Translations under genes and position numbers: made by a program
Notes under the pieces: model-generated
The model's input: only the letters and a program-made list of their open reading frames with translations
Database searches by the model: none
What the model was told of the DNA's origin: nothing
Shown: positions 57,671 to 64,000 of the stretch, piece by piece
Position numbering within the stretch: position 1 is the first letter of the stretch
Layout of the letters: each line of letters opens with the position of its first letter
Origin: Eledone cirrhosa
Taxonomy: Eukaryota
Length of the DNA: 64,000 bases
NCBI GenBank assembly: GCA_964016885.1
Contig: OZ024758.1
Location: 2,542,001 to 2,606,000 of the forward strand
Direction: 5' to 3'

Positions 57671-59047
57671 TGCAAATGAACTGCAAGTGTTATGTTCTGA
57701 AGGAATCCGCCATCTTAGATTCCGACATGGCCACCACTAGAATCTACAGGTGTTATGGGAGAGTTCGGAACTAGTGTGAAGAGTGAATAACATGATTCAT
57801 GACTGTATGTAAGAGTGGACCTCATCATCATCATCATCATCATCATCGTCATCCTCATCAACATCATCATCGTCACCATCGTTATCATCGTCATCGTCGT
57901 CATCATCATCATCACCATAATCATCATCATCATCATCACCATAATCATCATCATCATCATCACCATAATCATCATCATCATCATCATCATCATCGTTACC
58001 ATCGTCACCATCGTCACCATCGTCATCAACATCATCATCATCATCATCATGGTCGTCATCGTCGTCATCATTATCACCATTATCATCATCATCATCATCC
58101 TTATCATCATCATTAACAAGATTATCCTCATCAACATCATAGTCATCATTATCATCATCACCATCACCACCTTAATCAAGGACGACAACAACAACAACAA
58201 CAACAACGACATAGTGAACAACAACGACAATACCAACAACAACAACAACAACAATACCAACAATAACAACAACACAGTGAAAAAACAACAACAACAACAA
58301 CAATGTTAATAGGAACGGAATATAGTCCAGAATAATATATAAACTTATTTTACCAACTTCAGTTGGACGAGAAACACAAAGTATATTTCTGCTTGAATTT
58401 CAATTTGGAACAAAGAGAGACGATAATAAACATACTTAGTTTTAGAGTTTAACTCAACTTATACAGCTTAAAATAAACTATATGTCAACTGAAGAACAGC
58501 AACAACAACAACAACAACAACTTAATTTTCAAATCATCAACCCCCCCCCCTCACATCCACAAAAAAAAAAAACAATCACAAAAGAAATTTAACAAAAATG
58601 TTGGTGTTTTTCATCACAGCTTTTGTCAGAACTAAAAAAAATTTAAAGGAATATTTTCGTAGCGATTATTTCGCATCGATGAATCAAGTGTAGAAGACAG
58701 AGGAGGTGTTGTCTTAAGAAAGTGGCTGTCTTGGAATAAATAGAATCAATAGATTCAATTGAAGACAGGACAGGAACCCGAAATACAGAAATAATTTGAA
58801 TTCTTATTCTTTAGTAAAAGAGTATATTTATTTGATCACATACACACGCATATATTCATACATACGCGTGTAGACATATACACATACACGAACACATACA
58901 CGAACACATATACGAACACATACACGCACATACATACACGAACACATACACGCACATACATACACGAACACATACGCGCACATACATACAGATGCAGACA
59001 CACACACACAAAAACATAGACACACATGCAGACATACACATACACAT

Positions 59048-59094
<47 letters not shown>

Positions 59095-59334
59095 CACACG
59101 CATGCACACATACACATATACACGACCGCACACATACACATACATTCACTTCACACACATGCAGACACACACACACACACATAGATACAGATGCAGACAT
59201 ACACACACACATATGCAGACATACACATGCAAACACACACAGAACCACACATGCACACACACACAGATACACGCACATGCTCACACACGGATACGCACAC
59301 ATGCTCAAACACGAATACATACACGCATACATAC

Positions 59335-59376
<42 letters not shown>

Positions 59377-59808
59377 CCTCACACATACACACATGCATAC
59401 ACACTCACGCATACACACATGCACATGCAGACACATACAAACACACACACATACACATGCATATGCACACACAAACATACATACATACACACACTTGCTC
59501 TCACACAAACATACATACACACACACACTTGCTCACACACACTCACGCATACACACATATACAAATTATACATATAGACATGCATATATATCCCTTGTAC
59601 AAATACACCTTCATACACATTCATATATTTAGTGATTGTGAAATACACTTTGAACAAATTCTAGAATCTTCGATATTTAAGGGCGAGGGATCAACCAATC
59701 AGAGTTTCGTCTCCACGTGACATATGGGGCCGCTTAGCTCTTAGCTACGAAGGTTAATAAGAATAAATCTTTTCATGCAAAACGTAATCAAGTTATTATT
59801 ATTTACTT

Positions 59809-59995
59809 GAGTGAATTGGCAGTATTGGTAGAGGGTCGGACGCCATGCTTTCCAGCATAGTTACGTCCCTTTACAGTCTGAGTTCAAATCCCGTCGAGGT
59901 TAACTTTGCCTTTCATCCTTACGGGGTCGATAAAATAAAGTACCAGTAATGTACTGGGTAATTGCTGGCCTTGTGCCTAAAAGTAGAAACAATTA
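59809..59995 (+). mobile_element. SINE A, near full length
   Basis: Matches 35013-35196. Confidence 0.9.
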
Positions 59996-60753
59996 TTTTG
60001 TGTAAGCATATATATATTTATTAAACGAAGTCACCTCCACTCCTACAAAGCAATACTAACTAATGACTATATATGAGTTACTTCAGGTTTCATATCTTGA
60101 TAAAGAACTCTTTAACCCGTATAAAACATAAAGTGTAAAAATATCTGAAAACAATACTTGTTTCGGTCTTCTTTTGAACTTTGAATACGTAAAGTTATAT
60201 CCCTTTATCGATATTTTAAGAGAATTGTAAGGAAAGAGTTAAATCAAAAATCAAAAATGAAATATTCGAATTAAAAAAGATGAAAAATATATAGGGTCTA
60301 GCTAGAGACGGCGGGAAAAGGAAAAATAAAAAATGAAAAATAACGTTTTTAAGGGAAGATCAAATAGAGATAGTACAACCAATCTTCCACTTTCGGACAC
60401 ACATAAAAATAGGACTAAATTACACGTCTTTATTTGTTGAATTAACAGAAATTCTTTCCAAATATGACATTAATTGGAATACTAAAATATTATTATCTTA
60501 CTAGAACTGAAAAATAATCTGTGAACTTTTCACAATGACAAAGGCTTCATCTTTTAAAAGTCTCTGAAAAACTTAACATTTTTAAACGTTAGTTCATAGA
60601 TTTTCGGTAAATGTAGAGATTTATATAAATGTGCATTGCCACAACTACAGGTGTAACAATAGCAGCAAATCAGTCAACTATATAACTACTTTTCAACATG
60701 GAATTATAGTACACACACACACGCGCCCCCTTCCCCGGGAGGAAATATAATAG

Positions 60754-60797
60754 TACCACTGATGATGTCACAGATGTGTGACGAAAGAACCATGATA
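60754..60797 (+). ncRNA. Hammerhead motif (family H3) with mutated cleavage site
   Basis: UACCA-CUGAUGA-U-GUCACA(gaug)UGUGAC-GAAA-GAAC-CA-UGAUA; U16.1 is changed to C. Confidence 0.6.
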
Positions 60798-60839
<42 letters not shown>

Positions 60840-61339
60840 TAGAAAGTGAGGGTTTTTACAAAATGAAAAAAAAAACATGGTGTCCTAGACGAGTGAAAGT
60901 ATAAGGAAAAAAGCTGAAATCGAAAATGCAGCTGGAGTCTTTTTTTTTTAAAATATATTTATTTGGTTCCTTTACCGGTTTCGATTTCATCTTTTTTCCT
61001 TATATATATATATATATATAGCTTTATCTGTATTTTTTAACCCTTGTTCAATCAATGATAAACATTGATTGCCAGATAATTAATTATGGCGATATAAAAG
61101 ATAGAGAAGCGAAAACCAATCCAAACTAAACAGTGAGTGTGTTTTATTATTATTTCAGGCATTGCTATAACAATATAACTTAACTTATAACAATATAACT
61201 TAACTTGATTCAACAGTTAAACACACATAGGAATAATAGGTTGTTACCAAAGCGCCAGAAGATTGACAAGTCGACCCTAAATATGACTAATAGCACTAGG
61301 AAAGCCATGAACGACACCACATCCCTTTAACATTGATTG

Positions 61340-61795
61340 TGAAAGTAGATTTATAATTATCAATTTTTATTATACGTTTGTAGTTGTCTCGGCGGCCTAG
61401 TTGGAGGACTCATAGACGTTAGTGATCCTGGTCTAAAGTTCGATCCTAGTCTGCAGTAGGGTTCCCGGTAAACATTTTCATTATTTTTCTATGGGATGTA
61501 AATTAAAAACAGAAAAAGATTACATGCGCCTCTTGACCAGGTTTCAACCCAAGACCGGTATCTCCACCGTCTCTAGTACCTACCGCTAGGCTACTGAGAA
61601 AACTACGAAAATCTACTGAAAATTAATACTTATAATCCTACTTTCAAAATTTCAATACAAAATATGACTAATCATTAACTTTGATTTTGAAAGTAGGTTT
61701 ATAAGTATTAATTTTCATTATACTTTTGTAGCTGTCGCGGCGGCCTAGTTGGGGAAATCATAGACAGGGGTGATCCTGGTCTGAAGGTCGATCCA
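61340..61795. repeat. Three tRNA-like units in alternating orientation with a shared upstream flank
   Basis: Units at about 61340-61455 (+), 61530-61650 (-) and 61688-61795 (+). Each has gaaagtag.tt(t)ataa..at.aattt, an A-box-like gcctag.tgg and a B-box-like gttcgatcc/gttgaaacc. Confidence 0.65.
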
Positions 61796-61800
61796 AATAT

Positions 61801-61906
61801 AATTGTTTCTATTTTAGGCACAAGGCCAGCAATTACCCAGTACATTACTGGTACTTTATTTTATCGACCCCGTAAGGATGAAAGGCAAAGTTAACCTCGG
61901 CGGGAT
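61801..61906 (-). mobile_element. SINE A, 5'-truncated, with about 16-bp TSD
   Basis: tcgatccaaatataat at 61788-61803 and 61907-61922. Confidence 0.9.
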
Positions 61907-62232
61907 TCGATCCAAATATAATAATATATAATATATATATATATATATTGAAGGCGGCCAATCGGACTGGAAACTGCTAAATGTTTGGCCGCCCTCTCGT
62001 CTCCCGGCCTGTCCAGCCCCATGGATTGTGTCTATTATATTCCTTTGTTAAATTTCAAATACCTGATGATGTCACAGGATTCATACTGAACCCGGTCATT
62101 GAAATGTTCATAGTATACTAAACCTTTAAGGAATTACACCAGTCCAGCCTCCTCTTATTTTATAATATATAAATATATATATAATAAATATATATATAAT
62201 ATATATTGTGTTGTTATTTCTGTTTACCTTTT

Positions 62233-62263
<31 letters not shown>

Positions 62264-62514
62264 CACACACACACATACATATATATATGTATATTATTAT
62301 TGCCAGTGAATTACTAACAGTATATAGTGTAATATAGATAAGATCCACTTCAGACTTTCTCGTGAAATAGTATTTTAATAGAACCAATGGATGCTGTTAC
62401 AACCGAGACAAAGGTTTGCTGATGTTTTCATCTAAATATCGATAGTTCATATTTACATAGTTTCCCATGAAGTTTCAAACACCCGATTATTGATGAACTC
62501 AAACACTATATATG

Positions 62515-62569
<55 letters not shown>

Positions 62570-63364
62570 TATGTATGTGTGTATATATATATATATATAA
62601 ATATTATGTTTATATATATATATTATATATGTATCTCATATATCTTATATATATATATATCGGTGGTGGTGATGGAGGGGGTGATGGTGGTGATGGTGGT
62701 GGCGATGTGGGGTGGGGGTGGTGATAGTGGTGGTGATAGGGGGGGGGTGATGGTAGGACCAACGGTGGTGATTATGATGATGATGATGATGACGGTGATG
62801 ATGTTGATGATGTATTTTTTAAAAGAAAAAGAAGACGAAGAAGAAGAAGAAGAAGAAGCAGGAAAAGAAAACGAAGAAGAAGAAGAAGAAGAAGAAGAAG
62901 AAGAAAGCAAAGAAGACGAAGACGAAGAAGAAAAAGAAGGCAAAGAAGAAGAAGATAATGAAGAAGAAGAAGACGAAGAAGTAGAAGACAAAAAAGAAAA
63001 AGAAGGAAAAAAGGAAATATAAAGAAAAGCAATTACATTGTCAGTCCGAATGAGTGCCTTTTATATGTGAAACTAAATAAAAACAATGGAAAGATTACAG
63101 ATTAGAAAAGTTTGAAACGAGTATATTTAGAACAAACTAGAGTCTCTCTTTCTTACAGTTTAATAACAATCTTGATAGCACTGGGCCATAAATTGTTATG
63201 TAAAACATCAGAGTCTACTTGAGCAATCTTGGTAGAGATTAGTTTGATAGTGTGATAGGAGAAACTCTTCCTGTAATAAGTCTTTCTCACTAGCGAAGAC
63301 GCCGACCAATAAATCAGAGCATTTCTACTCAACACGTCTAACATCCCCTACATCATATATAAAC

Positions 63365-64000
<636 letters not shown>

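Noticed and set aside
59693-59722. CCAAT box plus CACGTG, a possible ER-stress element
   Set aside because: CCAAT-to-CCACG spacing is 13 nt rather than 9, there is no linked gene, and it may be part of a TTAA-ended transposon.
62516-63022. Acidic Glu-rich ORF
   Set aside because: It is a concatenation of (TA)n, (GGT)n, (GAT)n and (GAA)n repeats.

Overview
AT-rich, repeat-dominated eukaryotic DNA with no credible protein-coding gene. Nearly all listed ORFs are translated microsatellites. The repeat content suggests an invertebrate, probably octopus-like, intron or intergenic region (inference). It includes huge (TA)n/(TACA)n tracts, tRNA-derived SINEs of two main types, decayed RTE, CRE-like, R4/Dong-like and L1/Tx1-like LINE ends, hAT-type MITEs and minisatellites. 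The main hidden signal is a dense set of short (TA)n-embedded elements from several families that carry minimal type I hammerhead ribozyme motifs with palindromic helix III, the form known from Penelope-like retroelements. About 8 motifs have an intact core and about as many are mutated or truncated. They repeatedly sit in head-to-head inverted repeats, show compensatory changes in stem II, and one family carries a U3-A8 covariant catalytic core. All folds were read by eye and nothing was run or searched.
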